A DNA stretch of 64,000 nt from an uncultured Spirochaetota bacterium (GCA_963734495.1 CAVTHK010000009.1:64001-128000); one strand, 5' to 3'; counted from the stretch's first letter, positions 1 through 10,597 are shown. Numbers and translations are program-made. The notes: generated by a model not told the origin, from the letters alone.

Positions 1-193
1 CGGGGGAAACCAGTTCGGCAAGGTCCAAAGTGATGGAGCCGGGACCACAACCGCAGTCGAGGATGCTCATTCCGGACTTTATGTGGCCCACGAAGAACGC
101 GGCGTGAGTAGACGCATGACGATCGGAAAAGAAGTCAAGAAAATCCGCGCCGAACTTGACTCGCTCCGAGCTGTCGCGCGAGCGTTCCTTCAC
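1..193 (-). CDS. Class I SAM-dependent methyltransferase (5' part; runs off window start)
   Basis: Not in ORF track. Manual translation of the minus strand gives VKERSRDSSERVKFGADFLDFFSDRHASTHAAFFVGHIKSGMSILDCGCGPGSITLDLAELVSP, containing SAM-binding motif I (LDCGCGPG). A GGAGGTGA RBS precedes the GTG. Confidence 0.85.
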   Translation of the reverse strand, partial: MKERSRDSSERVKFGADFLDFFSDRHASTHAAFFVGHIKSGMSILDCGCGPGSITLDLAELVSP

Positions 194-443
194 GGCTCAC
201 CTCCGATGCACAGGAGGAGCAGGTCCGACGCAGGCGTTCTGGACGGCGTGGGCATCGGACGCGGACTCGAGCTGCGCCGCCGGTGCTTCCCGGCTCATAG
301 TCTATATGGGCCTCTCCGGCCCTTCCAGTCGGGGCCAGGAGTGAACGGGCGTTCGCCCGGGCTGTCGATTTCGTGTCATCCCGAACGACTATCTTTCATC
401 AGTTGGGCTCGCGGCGCGCGCGGGCGAACCGTGAGGAGGGATC

Positions 444-809
444 ATGAAGTACCTTTGTCTGGGCTACTTCGACAAGAAAGCGATGGATGCCAGGCCGAAG
501 GCCGAGATCGACGCCTACATGCGACGCTGCGAGGCGCCCCTGGCGAATCTCTACAAGAGCGGCCACATCATCATCGACGCAGGCCTCGGGTCGGAGACCA
601 CCAGCGTGAGGACCGCGAAGGGAAAGCTGATGGTCACCGACGGTCCCTTCGTCGAGACGAGGGAGGTGGTCGGAGGGGTGTTTCTCATCGAAGCGCGCGA
701 CATCGACGAAGCCGTCCGTGTGGCGTCGATGCACCCGGGCGCGCAGATGGGCGAGGAGTTCGGCTGGGGCATCCAGATCCGTCCCGTGACGGCGTTCCAC
801 GAGGGATGA
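444..809 (+). CDS. YciI/DGPF-family protein
   Basis: MKYLCL start, VTDGPFVETREVVGG motif, GAGGAGG RBS. Confidence 0.9.
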   Translation: MKYLCLGYFDKKAMDARPKAEIDAYMRRCEAPLANLYKSGHIIIDAGLGSETTSVRTAKGKLMVTDGPFVETREVVGGVFLIEARDIDEAVRVASMHPGAQMGEEFGWGIQIRPVTAFHEG

Positions 810-921
810 CTGCGGCGGGCGGGTCGCGCCGCTCGATGTTGCGGAGCCCGCTGTTGACCGCTGCCGCCGGCCGCTCCTATTATTGCACCGCCGTCCCAGG
901 TGAAGGCAGGACCTCTGACCC

Positions 922-2838
922 ATGCACGTAGGCTTGCACAACACACAATACGGACCCAAGGCGCGGTGGAGGCCCCTCGCTCCGGGCAGCATCAAGCTGC
1001 GCGAAGGCTTCTGGACGCGGCCGCAGCGCGCGAACCGCAAGGCCGGCCTGCGGCACGGTTACGAGCAGCTCGAGAAGACGGGGAGCTTTCGCAACTTCCG
1101 GATGGCGGCCGGAAAGACGGACGGTAAACCCGCCGGCAGGGTCTATCGGGACTCCGGGCTCTACAAGTGGCTGGAGGCGATCGCGTACGAGCTGGCCAAG
1201 GAGCCGGACGCCGACCTGCGGCGCATGGCCGACGAGGCGATCGAGCTGATCGAAGCGGCTCAAGCGAAGGACGGCTACCTCAACACGTACTACATCATCG
1301 TCGAGCCGGCGTTGCGCTGGCAGGACATCTCGCGGGGCCACGAGCTGTACTGCGCGGGCCACCTCTTCGAGGCCGCGATCGCGTTCAAGCGCTTCCTGGG
1401 CGAAGACCGCCTGTTGAAGGTCGCCCTGCGGTTCGCGGAGCACATAGACCGCACGTTCGGCCCCGGCAAGCGGGCTGCGGCCCCCGGCCACCCGGAGATC
1501 GAGCTGGCCCTCGTCGAGCTCTACCGCGAGACGGGCGAGAAGCGCTGGCTGGACCTCGCGCAGTTCTTTGTCGACCAGCGCGGTCACGGCCTGATCGACC
1601 CGGGCATCCACGGCGGCCACGGCGGGCCGGGCGTCTTCCAGGACCACGTGCCCGTGCGCGACGCGAGCACCATGGAAGGGCACGCCGTGCGCCAGCTCTA
1701 CCTCACGACCGGCGTCACGGACCTGTGGCTTGAGACGGGCGAGGCTGCGCTGCTGGACGCGATGCACCGCCAGTGGCACGACGCGACGTACCACAAGACG
1801 TTCATCCACGGCGGGCTCGGGTCGATCCACACCAACGAAGCGTTCAGCGAGCCCTACGAGCTGCCGAACAGCCGCGCGTACTGCGAGACCTGCGCGCAGA
1901 TCGCGAGCATGATGTGGAACTGGCGGCTGCTGCTGGGAAGCGGGGACGGTGTGTATGCGGACAGCTTCGAGGGGGCGCTGTACAACGCGTTTCTGAGCGG
2001 GGTGTCGCTTGACGGTACCGGATTTTTCTACGTGAACACGCTGCTGTCCAAGGGCACCGACCCGGTGATCAGCCGCAAGCGCATCCAGCGCATGGCCTGG
2101 CCCTGGACGCCGTGCTGCCCGCCTAACGTCATGCGGTTTCTCGCGCTGCTGGAGCACTACGTGGCGACAAGCGGCGAGGGGGGGCTGCAGTTGCACCAGT
2201 ACATCCCGGCCACGATCGAGGCGGGCCAGGTGCGCATGACCATCGACACGCGCTACCCGTGGGACGGGGCGGTCAGGATCTCGATCGAGAAGGCAGGCGG
2301 CGCGGCGTGGCCGCTCAAGCTCCGCATTCCCGGCTGGTGCGAGGAGGCGACGCTCACGGTCAACGGCCGGCCGGTCGATGCGGCGCACCGCGACGCGGGC
2401 TACGTGACGGTGAGCCGGCCGTGGAAGGCGGGGGACTCGGTCGAGCTCGGCCTGGCGATCGCCCCCGCGCTCTACGAGGCGCATCCGCGTGTCGACTCGG
2501 CGGCCAACGCGGTGGCGATCAAGCGAGGTCCCGTCGTCTACTGCCTGGAGCAGGCGGACCAGGCGCCGGGGGTGGACGTGCTCTCCGTGCAGGTCGACGA
2601 GCTCGCGCCGCTGGAGAGCGAGTGGGCGCCTGGGCTGTTAGGCGGCGTGATGACGGTCGAGGCGCAGGGGTTCGTGCTCGAAGGCGACGCGTGGAAGGAC
2701 ACGCTCTACAGGAAGCTGGGTGAAGGCAGCGGCCCGGCGCGCCGCCCCGTGCGTCTCACGGCGATCCCGTACTACGCGTGGGCGAACCGGGGGCCGAACG
2801 CGATGCGCATCTGGATCCCGCGAGCGCGGGTGCGCTGA
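922..2838 (+). CDS. Glycoside hydrolase family 127 (beta-L-arabinofuranosidase-like, DUF1680)
   Basis: Motifs HELYCAGHLFEAA, GHPEIELAL, GHAVRQLYL, YCETCA, CCPPN, IPYYAWANRG. Confidence 0.93.
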   Translation: MHVGLHNTQYGPKARWRPLAPGSIKLREGFWTRPQRANRKAGLRHGYEQLEKTGSFRNFRMAAGKTDGKPAGRVYRDSGLYKWLEAIAYELAKEPDADLRRMADEAIELIEAAQAKDGYLNTYYIIVEPALRWQDISRGHELYCAGHLFEAAIAFKRFLGEDRLLKVALRFAEHIDRTFGPGKRAAAPGHPEIELALVELYRETGEKRWLDLAQFFVDQRGHGLIDPGIHGGHGGPGVFQDHVPVRDASTMEGHAVRQLYLTTGVTDLWLETGEAALLDAMHRQWHDATYHKTFIHGGLGSIHTNEAFSEPYELPNSRAYCETCAQIASMMWNWRLLLGSGDGVYADSFEGALYNAFLSGVSLDGTGFFYVNTLLSKGTDPVISRKRIQRMAWPWTPCCPPNVMRFLALLEHYVATSGEGGLQLHQYIPATIEAGQVRMTIDTRYPWDGAVRISIEKAGGAAWPLKLRIPGWCEEATLTVNGRPVDAAHRDAGYVTVSRPWKAGDSVELGLAIAPALYEAHPRVDSAANAVAIKRGPVVYCLEQADQAPGVDVLSVQVDELAPLESEWAPGLLGGVMTVEAQGFVLEGDAWKDTLYRKLGEGSGPARRPVRLTAIPYYAWANRGPNAMRIWIPRARVR

Positions 2839-2862
2839 TGCCGGCGTCAGTCCGGCCGGCTG

Positions 2863-3987
2863 TTACGCGCCGAGGGTCGCGTGCGACTCCTTGAGCTGCT
2901 CGATGATGGGGAGCTTTTGCGGGCACTTCGGCTCGCACTCGCCGCACTCGAGGCAGGCGTCCGCGCGCTTGCCGGTCACCCACCTGGTCGTGCCGATCTC
3001 CTTGTACATCGCCTTGGCGTGGGCCTTGAAGTCCCACACCTTGTAGTAGTTCATCGCCTCGAACACGCGAGGGATGTTGACCTCGTTGGGGCAGGGCATG
3101 CAGTACTTGCAGCCCGTGCAGTAGAGGTCCATGAGCTTCTGGTTCTCGACCGCCGCGCGCTCGACCGCGGTCTTCTCGTCGGCCGAGAGGAACTCCTGCC
3201 GCGAGACGGTGGCGATGTTCTGCTCCACTTGGCTCATGTCCGACATGCCGCTGAGGGCGACGGTGACGGACGGGTTGGCGAGGACGAAGCGCAGCGCCAG
3301 CTCCGGCGTGCTCACCGTCTTCTTCCCGCCTAACAGGCCCTTGACCGCTTCGCTCGGCCCGCCGAGGCGGCCGCCGCCGACCGGCCCCATGATCGCGACC
3401 CCCAGCCCCTTCGAGGCCGCGTAGTGGACGCCCGCTTCGTTCTTCCGGTCGAGCAGGTTGTACTGGCAGAGCATCGTCTCGAAGTACCCGGTGTCGACGA
3501 GCTTGAAGATGTCGGCGGCGTCCGAGTGAAAGGAGAAGGAGAGGTGGCGCACGAGGCCTTCTTCTTTGGCTTTCAGGAACGCTTCGAGCGGACCGCCCTT
3601 GATCGCCATCTTCTCCTGGAAGCCTTTCCAGGAGATGCCCCAGAGGTGGTAGAAGTCCACGTACGGGAGGTCCATGATCTTCAGGCTCGCCTCGAGCTTC
3701 TCCCGGAGGTCGGCGGCGGTGGGCTTGTCCTGCGCGTACTTGGTCGAGACGTAGACCCGGCCGCGGTCCATGTGCTTGAGCGCCTCGCCGAGCGTTCTCT
3801 CCGAATCCTGCTCGCAGTAGTTCTTGCCCGTGTCGAAGTAATTGACCCCCGCCTCGTAGGCGGCGAGGAGCATGGGGATGGCCTTGTCGCGGTCGACCCT
3901 GCGCTTCTCGGTCATGGGCAGGCGCATGCAGCCGAATCCGAGCGCGGAAAGCTTCGCGCCTGTCTTGCCGTAGGGACGGTACTGCAC
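2863..3987 (-). CDS. Aldo/keto reductase with C-terminal 4Fe-4S dicluster domain
   Basis: LSALGFGCMRLP, NYFDTG, CTGCKYCMPCP, CLECGECEPKCPQ. Start set at GTG 3987 after an AAGGAGA RBS. Confidence 0.92.
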   Translation of the reverse strand: MQYRPYGKTGAKLSALGFGCMRLPMTEKRRVDRDKAIPMLLAAYEAGVNYFDTGKNYCEQDSERTLGEALKHMDRGRVYVSTKYAQDKPTAADLREKLEASLKIMDLPYVDFYHLWGISWKGFQEKMAIKGGPLEAFLKAKEEGLVRHLSFSFHSDAADIFKLVDTGYFETMLCQYNLLDRKNEAGVHYAASKGLGVAIMGPVGGGRLGGPSEAVKGLLGGKKTVSTPELALRFVLANPSVTVALSGMSDMSQVEQNIATVSRQEFLSADEKTAVERAAVENQKLMDLYCTGCKYCMPCPNEVNIPRVFEAMNYYKVWDFKAHAKAMYKEIGTTRWVTGKRADACLECGECEPKCPQKLPIIEQLKESHATLGA

Positions 3988-4024
3988 TGAGAGTCTCCTT
4001 CTGTGGTGTGCGGCCGGGGCCGCG

Positions 4025-5071
4025 TTACGACGCGATCGCGTCGACCTTGGCCGCAACGCCGAGCTTTTCGGCGATGCCGCGGATCTCTTTCCAGGTCTGG
4101 TCGGGGATCTCGATGCCGGCACGCTCGCGCTCGGCTTTCGCCCGTCTCTCGGGGTCACCCGGCACGATCACTTCCTTGAACCCGACGGCGGGCGGCGTAG
4201 CCCGGATCTTGGCGATCGAGGCATCCTCGCGCGCCGCGTACTCGGCCGAGGGGATGAAGGCGTCGGTCGCCACTCCCCACATGAAAACGTTGTTGCCGGG
4301 GTTGTCGTCCTTCTTGAAGAAGGTCGAGCCCGTGAGCGCTCCGCCGAGCGCTTCCGCGACCATGGAAAGGCCGAAGCCCTTGTGCTGCGCCATGGTCGTG
4401 AGCATGCCGCCCTTGAAGAACTCGCTCGGGTCAGTGGTGGGGGTGCCGTCCTTCTTCACCACCCACCCTTCGGGGATGCTCTGCCCCTTGTCGCGGGCCA
4501 CCGAGATCTTGCCGCCCGCGACCATGGTCGTGGCGAAGTCCGCGATCAGGGGCGGCTGCTTGCCCGCCGGGATGCCGAAGGCGTACGGGTTGGTGCCGAG
4601 CGTCTTTCCCGCCCCGCCGTAGGGGGTCGTGCTCGTGCCCGCGCCGCCGCCGCAGAGCGTCACCATCGCGATGATGTTGGCCTCGACCGCGCGCTCGACG
4701 TACTGTCCGAGCCGTCCGATGTGGAAGCAGTTCTTGATCCCGACCGCCGCCACCTTGTTGGCCAGCGTCTTCTTGATCAGAAGCTCCATGGCGAAGTCCG
4801 CCGCGATCTTCCCGAAGCCGAGCTTCGCGTCGACCAGAGCGGTCGTCGGGCTTTCGTTGGCGATCACGGGCTTCGCCTTGGGGTCGAGCCCGCCGTCGAG
4901 GACCCTCTTGATGTAGCCAGCGAAATGGCTGACCCCGTGCGAGTCGTGGCCGGCCAGGTTGCTCGCCACCAGCGAGCCTGCGACCCGGGCGGCGACGTCG
5001 TGCGGCGCGCCCGCGGTCTCGAAGAGCATTGTCCCGATCTTCAGTAACTTGTCGCTGGAGAGCTTCGGCAT
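4025..5071 (-). CDS. Ldh_2 family oxidoreductase (malate/L-lactate/ureidoglycolate dehydrogenase type)
   Basis: GHDSHG, HIGRLG, GTNPYAFG, HKGFGL motifs. Confidence 0.92.
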   Translation of the reverse strand: MPKLSSDKLLKIGTMLFETAGAPHDVAARVAGSLVASNLAGHDSHGVSHFAGYIKRVLDGGLDPKAKPVIANESPTTALVDAKLGFGKIAADFAMELLIKKTLANKVAAVGIKNCFHIGRLGQYVERAVEANIIAMVTLCGGGAGTSTTPYGGAGKTLGTNPYAFGIPAGKQPPLIADFATTMVAGGKISVARDKGQSIPEGWVVKKDGTPTTDPSEFFKGGMLTTMAQHKGFGLSMVAEALGGALTGSTFFKKDDNPGNNVFMWGVATDAFIPSAEYAAREDASIAKIRATPPAVGFKEVIVPGDPERRAKAERERAGIEIPDQTWKEIRGIAEKLGVAAKVDAIAS

Positions 5072-5348
5072 GGTCTTTCCCCCTTGTCGCTCGTGCCGCG
5101 GCCAGTATAGACGAGAGCGCCCGGCGTGTCAGCGCGGGGTTCAGCGTGTAGCGCGCGGCGGATCGTCCCGTGAATCCCCGCCCGCCATGCGGTAATATTG
5201 GAGAGCACATGCGACAAAAGTGGTCCGTGTACCACGCGCGCGCTCAGAATCGCCTCCGACGCTTCCCGTGATCCGCCGGGCCCGCGGCATCGGACAGGCA
5301 GCCGGCCCGCGCGGCAGTGGACACGGCGGGGCGAAACGAGGGTTCGCT

Positions 5349-6686
5349 ATGTCCAGAACGGCAACTCAGCGAAGGCTTCTCGACTCCTCCGTTTCCCGCC
5401 TCGGGGCCGGGATCGCCCTGAGCGCGGTGACTCTCTCGGCCGTCTTCATCATCCTGGTGTACGAGAATCAGCTCACCCTGGTCGGCGAGAACGCGATGCT
5501 GCAGAGCGTGCGGACCGGCGCGACGCTCGAGCGGCGGGTCGAGGCCGCCGCTGCCTCCGCCGCCGCCTCTGGCTGGACGCAGGCGCTCGACGGCCTCAGG
5601 CAGGAGGCGGCCGCGCTCGACCTGAGGAAGCTCACGATCTTCTCGGCGACTGGCGACGTCCTGTACTCCCTCGACCCCGGCCGCGCACCCGGCTCGTCGG
5701 TCGCCACCGTGCCGGAGCTGCGCGCGATCCACCGGGCCGTCACCGGCCGCGAGTTTGCCGACCGGCAGTTCGCCCACACCCTCGACGTCGTCCGCCGCGC
5801 GATCGACCTCCAGATCCCGTTCTCCTCAGGCTCCGTCGAGGGGGTCATTTCCGCGGAGCTGGGCATCGGCACCATCGACAAGGCCCTCGAGAGGCTGCGC
5901 ACGCAGGCTTTCCTGCTCGCGGCGCTCGTGGTCTTTTTCCACGGTCTGATCGCCGCGGCCGCGTACCTGCAGCTCGTGCGGCCGCTCTACGGGATCGTGG
6001 CGGCCACGCAGGCCGTGGCCGGCGGCAAGTACAACCTGGTCCTGCCCCGGGGCACCACCTACGAAATGGCGACCCTCGTCGACTCGTTCATGCAGATGAG
6101 CAGGTCCGTGGGCGAGATGCAGCAGAGCGCCCGCGCTGCCAACCCGCTCACGGGGCTTCCCGGCAACGTGGAGATCGAGCGGCACATCCTCGACCGGCTG
6201 GCGAGCGGGGTCGGCTTCGCGGTGCTGTACTGCGACCTCGACAACTTCAAGGCGTACAACGACTGTTACGGCTTTGCCCGGGGCGACCAGGTCATCCTGT
6301 ACACGCGCGACTGCCTGAAAAAGGCGGCCGGGACCGCGGCCTCGCCCTGCTTTGTCGGGCACCAGGGCGGCGACGACTTCGTGGTGGTCTGCACCCACGA
6401 GGACTGGGAGCGGGTCGCGTCGTCGTTCGTGGCGCTCTTCGACCACGGGATCGGCAGGTACTACAACGAGGCCGACCGCGAGCGCGGCTTTATCCTGTCA
6501 AAAGACCGGCAGGACCGGGAGCAGCGGTTCCCGCTCATGAGCGTCTCGGTCGCGGCGGTGAGCAATCAGCACCGGCGCTTCGACAGCTTCGGGCAGATCG
6601 TGGCGACCGTCTCCGAGGTCAAGCACCTGGTCAAGGGGATGGCAGGCTCGAGCTACGCGATGGACCGCAGGGCGGAACCCGGGTGA
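5349..6686 (+). CDS. Membrane-anchored HAMP + GGDEF-domain protein
   Basis: Two TM segments, HAMP-like linker, ANPLTGLPGN, DLDNFKAYNDCYGFARGD, active-site GGDDF. Confidence 0.88.
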   Translation: MSRTATQRRLLDSSVSRLGAGIALSAVTLSAVFIILVYENQLTLVGENAMLQSVRTGATLERRVEAAAASAAASGWTQALDGLRQEAAALDLRKLTIFSATGDVLYSLDPGRAPGSSVATVPELRAIHRAVTGREFADRQFAHTLDVVRRAIDLQIPFSSGSVEGVISAELGIGTIDKALERLRTQAFLLAALVVFFHGLIAAAAYLQLVRPLYGIVAATQAVAGGKYNLVLPRGTTYEMATLVDSFMQMSRSVGEMQQSARAANPLTGLPGNVEIERHILDRLASGVGFAVLYCDLDNFKAYNDCYGFARGDQVILYTRDCLKKAAGTAASPCFVGHQGGDDFVVVCTHEDWERVASSFVALFDHGIGRYYNEADRERGFILSKDRQDREQRFPLMSVSVAAVSNQHRRFDSFGQIVATVSEVKHLVKGMAGSSYAMDRRAEPG

Positions 6687-8180
6687 AGCGCCTCGTCTCC
6701 GCGATCGCGCTCGCGGCCGTCGTGATCCTGGCCACCGCCGCGACGGGGCGATGGCTCGTCGGCGCCCGGATGGCGGACGCCGACCGGCAGCTGCGGCGGG
6801 CCTCGGACGCCGACGCCAACGCCGCCACCCTGGGCGTGGTCGTGCGCCTCGAGCTCGTGCGGCGCAGGGCGCAGCTCGGCGAGGACCGCGTCGAGAACTA
6901 CGAGCTCGAGGCGAGGCTGCAGTCGATCCTCTCGGGCGCCGCGGTGGCGGCGCCGGAGACCCCGGCCGCGCGGCTCCGCGATCGCGTGGCGCAGGCGGCG
7001 TTCGACCTGTCGCGCGCGATCGTGCGCGGCGAGCCGGCATCCTCCGCGCGGCCGGCGGCGTTCACGAGGCTGGAGGAAGCGTACCTGTGGGAGCGCGGAC
7101 GCCGGTACCGGCGGGCCGTCGAGCTGTACGACCGGCTCCTCGCGGAGGAGACGCACCTGCGCCCCGCCGTCCGCGAGCGCGTGCAGCTCCATCGCGCCTT
7201 CTGCCTCGCCATGGCGGGCGACACCGCGTCCGCGCGGACGGCGTGCGACGCCCTCGCCGGCGCCGCGACCGTCGAGGAGACCGCTTCGGCGGCGAGGCAG
7301 ATGGCGCGCTTTCTCACCCGCATCGAGACCCGCCATGCGGAGATCGCGGGCCTCGCCACCGGTGGACCAGGGGAGGGAGCTGTACCTCGCGATGGACTAC
7401 CGCGGCGCGGTCGACGTGCTCCGCGCCTGGCTGGACCGCCGTGACGGCGACCCCCATGCGGCCGAGGCCCGTTACTTTCTCGCCCGCTCGCTGGAGGAGC
7501 TGGGTGCGGACGCCGCCGACGAGTACCGCCGTGTGATGATGCTCGACCCCGACGGGCCGTGGGCGCGCGACGCCAACCGCAGGCTCGCGATGCTCGGCGC
7601 CTTCTACGGCGGCAGCCAGGAGCTGGGCGAGAGCGCGACGCGGCGCCTCGAGCGCATGGGCGACAGTGCGTTCGTCGACGCGGTGGAGCCCTACCGCGCG
7701 CTCGTCGAGCCGGAGCCCGGGCTGGCCGCCGTCCCGCGAGACTCGCTCGGCGTCCGTCCGCCCGACCGCGGCGAGCTCTTCGTGCGGACGACGCCCGCGG
7801 GCGCCCAGGTCGTGGTCAACGGCATCGACATGGGCGTGAGCCCGGTCTTCGTCACGGACCTGCCGTTCGGCAAGGCCGTGGTCCGCGCGGTCGCCGGCAC
7901 TCGCTGGGGCGAAGTCACGGTCGACGTCGAGCAGCCGGACATCATCCCGGTGATCCTCAATCTCGCCTCGCTGACGGGCGCCATCAGGGTCGAGACGCCC
8001 TACGACGCGGTCGAAGTATTCGTCGACGACGCGCGCGTCGGCCCGGCAGGTCTGCAGGCCGTGGCGCCCGGGATGCGCGTCGTGCTGGTCCGCGCCGTGG
8101 ACAAGACGGGCCGCGTCCTTCTCTGGGAAAGGAAGATCGAAGTGAAGGCCGGCGAGACCGTCGTCGTGAGGGTGCCTTGA
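6683..8180 (+). CDS. TPR-like + PEGA domain exported protein (frameshift near 7360)
   Basis: GTG overlaps the upstream stop. N-terminal hydrophobic segment, TPR-like helices (ARYFLARSLEELG), PEGA motif LFVRTTPAGAQVVVNG..G.SP. Split across two frames. Confidence 0.7.
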
Positions 8181-9095
8181 GTGAGCGCGCCCCGGGCTTT
8201 CGCGCTGCTGCCCGCGCTGCTCGCGGCGGGCGCCGCGCTCGCGGCCGCGGAAGCGGGGCCCGCGGCGAGCCTGCTCCTTGCCGTCCGCGCCGGCCCGCGC
8301 GGGGCTGCAGTCGCGCCCGCCGTGGCCGAGGCGTGCCGCGCGGGCCTGGAGCGCGAGGGGTTTGCCGTGCTCGCGGCGGCCGAGCCCGCGGCCGCGCCCG
8401 AAGCGCTGCTCGCGGAGGCCGGCCGGCGCGGCGCGGACTGGGTCGTCGGCGTGACGGTCAGCAGGGGCCGGGAGATCGTGATCGAAGCGGCGCTGTCTTC
8501 GGCGGCCGACGGCGCGCGCGTGGCGACCGTGACGATAAGCGGGCCGGAAGACCTCGGCCTCGAGCACAAGGCGCTGCGCGTCGCGCAGGAGCTCGGCGCG
8601 CGCATCCGCAGCCTGCCGGCGGCGGTGGTGGCAGCGGCGCCGGCGGCGCACGCGCCGGCCGAGCCCGCAGGGGCTCTCGCATCTCCCGCCGCGCCTGCGC
8701 CTGCGCCGGCCCCGGCCCCAGCCGGGGTTCCCGCGCCCGCGCCGGCCCTGCCGTCGCCGTCCGCCGAAGTTCTGCGCGAGCGGGCCCGCCTCGAGCAGGC
8801 GCGGGCGCGGCTGCGGCGCGACCTCGAGGAGACGCAGCGCGGCCGCAGGAAGGCGACCGTGCGCGCCGCGCTGACGTGGGGAGCCGGGGCGGCGGCGCTG
8901 GCCGTCGCCGGCGCGGCGTGGTGGTCCCGCGAGGAGGAGTCGGACAATAGGGAGTCTCTCACCTGGATCGCCGCGGGCGCCGGCGCCGTCGGCGGCCTGT
9001 GCGCCGTAGGGGGAACCATCTTCTGGCTGACGCGGCCGGACCCGGCGCCGATCGAGCGCGCGCTGTCCAGCCTCGACGAGGGGCTCGGCAAGTGA
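8181..9095 (+). CDS. Hypothetical membrane protein with Pro/Ala linker, coiled coil and two C-terminal TM helices
   Basis: Signal-like N-terminus, PAPAPAPAP linker, directly abuts the upstream stop. Confidence 0.7.
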   Translation: MSAPRAFALLPALLAAGAALAAAEAGPAASLLLAVRAGPRGAAVAPAVAEACRAGLEREGFAVLAAAEPAAAPEALLAEAGRRGADWVVGVTVSRGREIVIEAALSSAADGARVATVTISGPEDLGLEHKALRVAQELGARIRSLPAAVVAAAPAAHAPAEPAGALASPAAPAPAPAPAPAGVPAPAPALPSPSAEVLRERARLEQARARLRRDLEETQRGRRKATVRAALTWGAGAAALAVAGAAWWSREEESDNRESLTWIAAGAGAVGGLCAVGGTIFWLTRPDPAPIERALSSLDEGLGK

Positions 9096-9097
9096 CG

Positions 9098-9130
9098 GGA
9101 GGCCGCCGCGCGGCGGCCTTCTTCATTTTA
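9098..9130 (+). terminator. Intrinsic terminator
   Basis: AGGCCGCCG-CG-CGGCGGCCT hairpin followed by TCTTCATTTTA just after the stop at 9095. Confidence 0.7.
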
Positions 9131-9155
9131 TTCTCAGCCCGGCGCTTTCGACGTC

Positions 9156-9241
9156 TCCCGCGAGTACGCGGGACCAGGGCGCTTGTCGGCGCACCCCGGC
9201 GAGTACGCCGGGTCTTCGAGGGCGAGCACATCCCTGTGCTC
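9156..9241. repeat. Cluster of three short palindromes (REP-like)
   Basis: TCCCGCG-AGTA-CGCGGGA (9156-9173), CCCGGCG-AGTA-CGCCGGG (9195-9212) and GAGCACA-TCCC-TGTGCTC (9224-9241). Confidence 0.6.
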
Positions 9242-10390
9242 AGTATCGCTCGATCTCGCTGCCGCGGATGTACTCGAAGTCGATGTCCATGCCGAGGCCC
9301 GGAAGCTCCGACACGTGCACGAAACCCTCGGCGTCCATCGGGTCGACAAGGCGTCGCAGCCAGGGCCGCGGGCGCTCGTAGTCGATCGCCGGGTGCAGGA
9401 GGCCGCGCTCGTAGAAGCGGCCGCGGATCCCCATGGCGCAGAGCACCTGCAGGTTCGCGGCCCCTCCGCCGTGCACCTCCATGTCCATGCCGAACGCCTC
9501 GGCGAGGTGGGCGATCTTGAGCAGAGGCGTGATCCCGCCCACGTCGCTTACCCCCGCGCGCACGATGTCGCAGGCGCCCGCGGCGATCCACTCGGCGCGG
9601 ACGTGCATCTTGCCTTCGGCGGTCTCGGGGCCGCAGATGGCGAGGCTCGTGTTCGCGCAGAGCCACACGTATGACGACATGCTGTGCTCGTCCATGGGCT
9701 CTTCCATCCACGCGTAGTCGAGCTTTTCCAGATCGCGCGCGAGCGCGAGCGCCTCGTCGCGGCTGTAGTAGTGCCAGGGGTCGAGCATGAGCGGCACGCC
9801 GGGCCCCAGCGCCTCGCGGACGGCGGCGCAGGCCGCGACGTCGCGCCGCGTGTCGGGTGCGCCCGCGTACGGCGGCTGCCACGTGTGCAGCTTGAAGGCG
9901 GGGTACCCGCGCTCGCGGCACTTCAGGGCGAAGGCCGCGTACGCCTCGGGACTGCCCAGGCCGTCGGGGAGATCGTCGCCGCACATCGTGCTCGCGTAGG
10001 CAGGCACCTTGTCGCGCGCCGCGCCGATCAATCGGTAGACCGGCTTGCCCGCCGCGCGCCCGGCGAGATCCCACAGCGCGCAGTCGACCACGGAGAGGAC
10101 GCGATCGGCGAAGACCGAGAGGTTCATCCGCTGCCTCTTCCGCATGGCCTGCCACGATTCCGCTCGCGGCAGTCCGGGTCGCTGCCGATGAGCGCGGGCC
10201 TGACCAGCTCCTCGAGGGCTTCGCGGGACACCCGGCCGAAGGCGTAGCCTTCCGCGCCCTCGTCGGTCTCGATCGTGAGGAGGCTCTCCGAGGCCTCGTG
10301 GCGCGGGCCGGGATGGCCGTGGCCGTCGGAGTCCCTGACTTCGTCGGAGAGATGGCGGAAGGCGCGGACGTGCACGGCGGTGATCTTCAC
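9240..10390 (-). CDS. Mandelate racemase/muconate lactonizing enzyme family (enolase superfamily; frameshift near 10160)
   Basis: N-part MKITAV..LLTIETDEGAEGY; C-part VDCALWDLAGR, FKLH, LMLDP, WMEEP, GPE, GGIT, EVHG, PGLG. CAGGAG RBS. Confidence 0.88.
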
Positions 10391-10408
10391 TCTCGATGCT
10401 CCTGTGCT

Positions 10409-10597
10409 TTAGAGGATGTGGGTCGCGAAGCTGCGGAACAGGCCCAGGGTCACCCTCACTTCGAGCAGGTAGGCCCTGTGGCAGGAATCGCAAATCATCC
10501 GGTAAGTCACCGTGCACCGCCTTCGGAGGAATCCCGGCCGCGCCGGGAGCGCGGCCTCGGGCGCTTCGGCGCCGCAGAACGGGCAGCGGACAGTCAC
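10409..10597 (-). CDS. Small (62 aa) zinc-ribbon-like protein
   Basis: VTVRCPFCG...MICDSCHRAY (two CxxC). TGGACG-17bp-TACCAT promoter lies 7 nt before the GTG. Confidence 0.6.
   Translation of the reverse strand: MTVRCPFCGAEAPEAALPARPGFLRRRCTVTYRMICDSCHRAYLLEVRVTLGLFRSFATHIL

Noticed and set aside
5072-5348. c-di-GMP or other riboswitch upstream of the GGDEF gene
   Set aside because: No recognisable conserved aptamer motifs; looks like a divergent promoter region.
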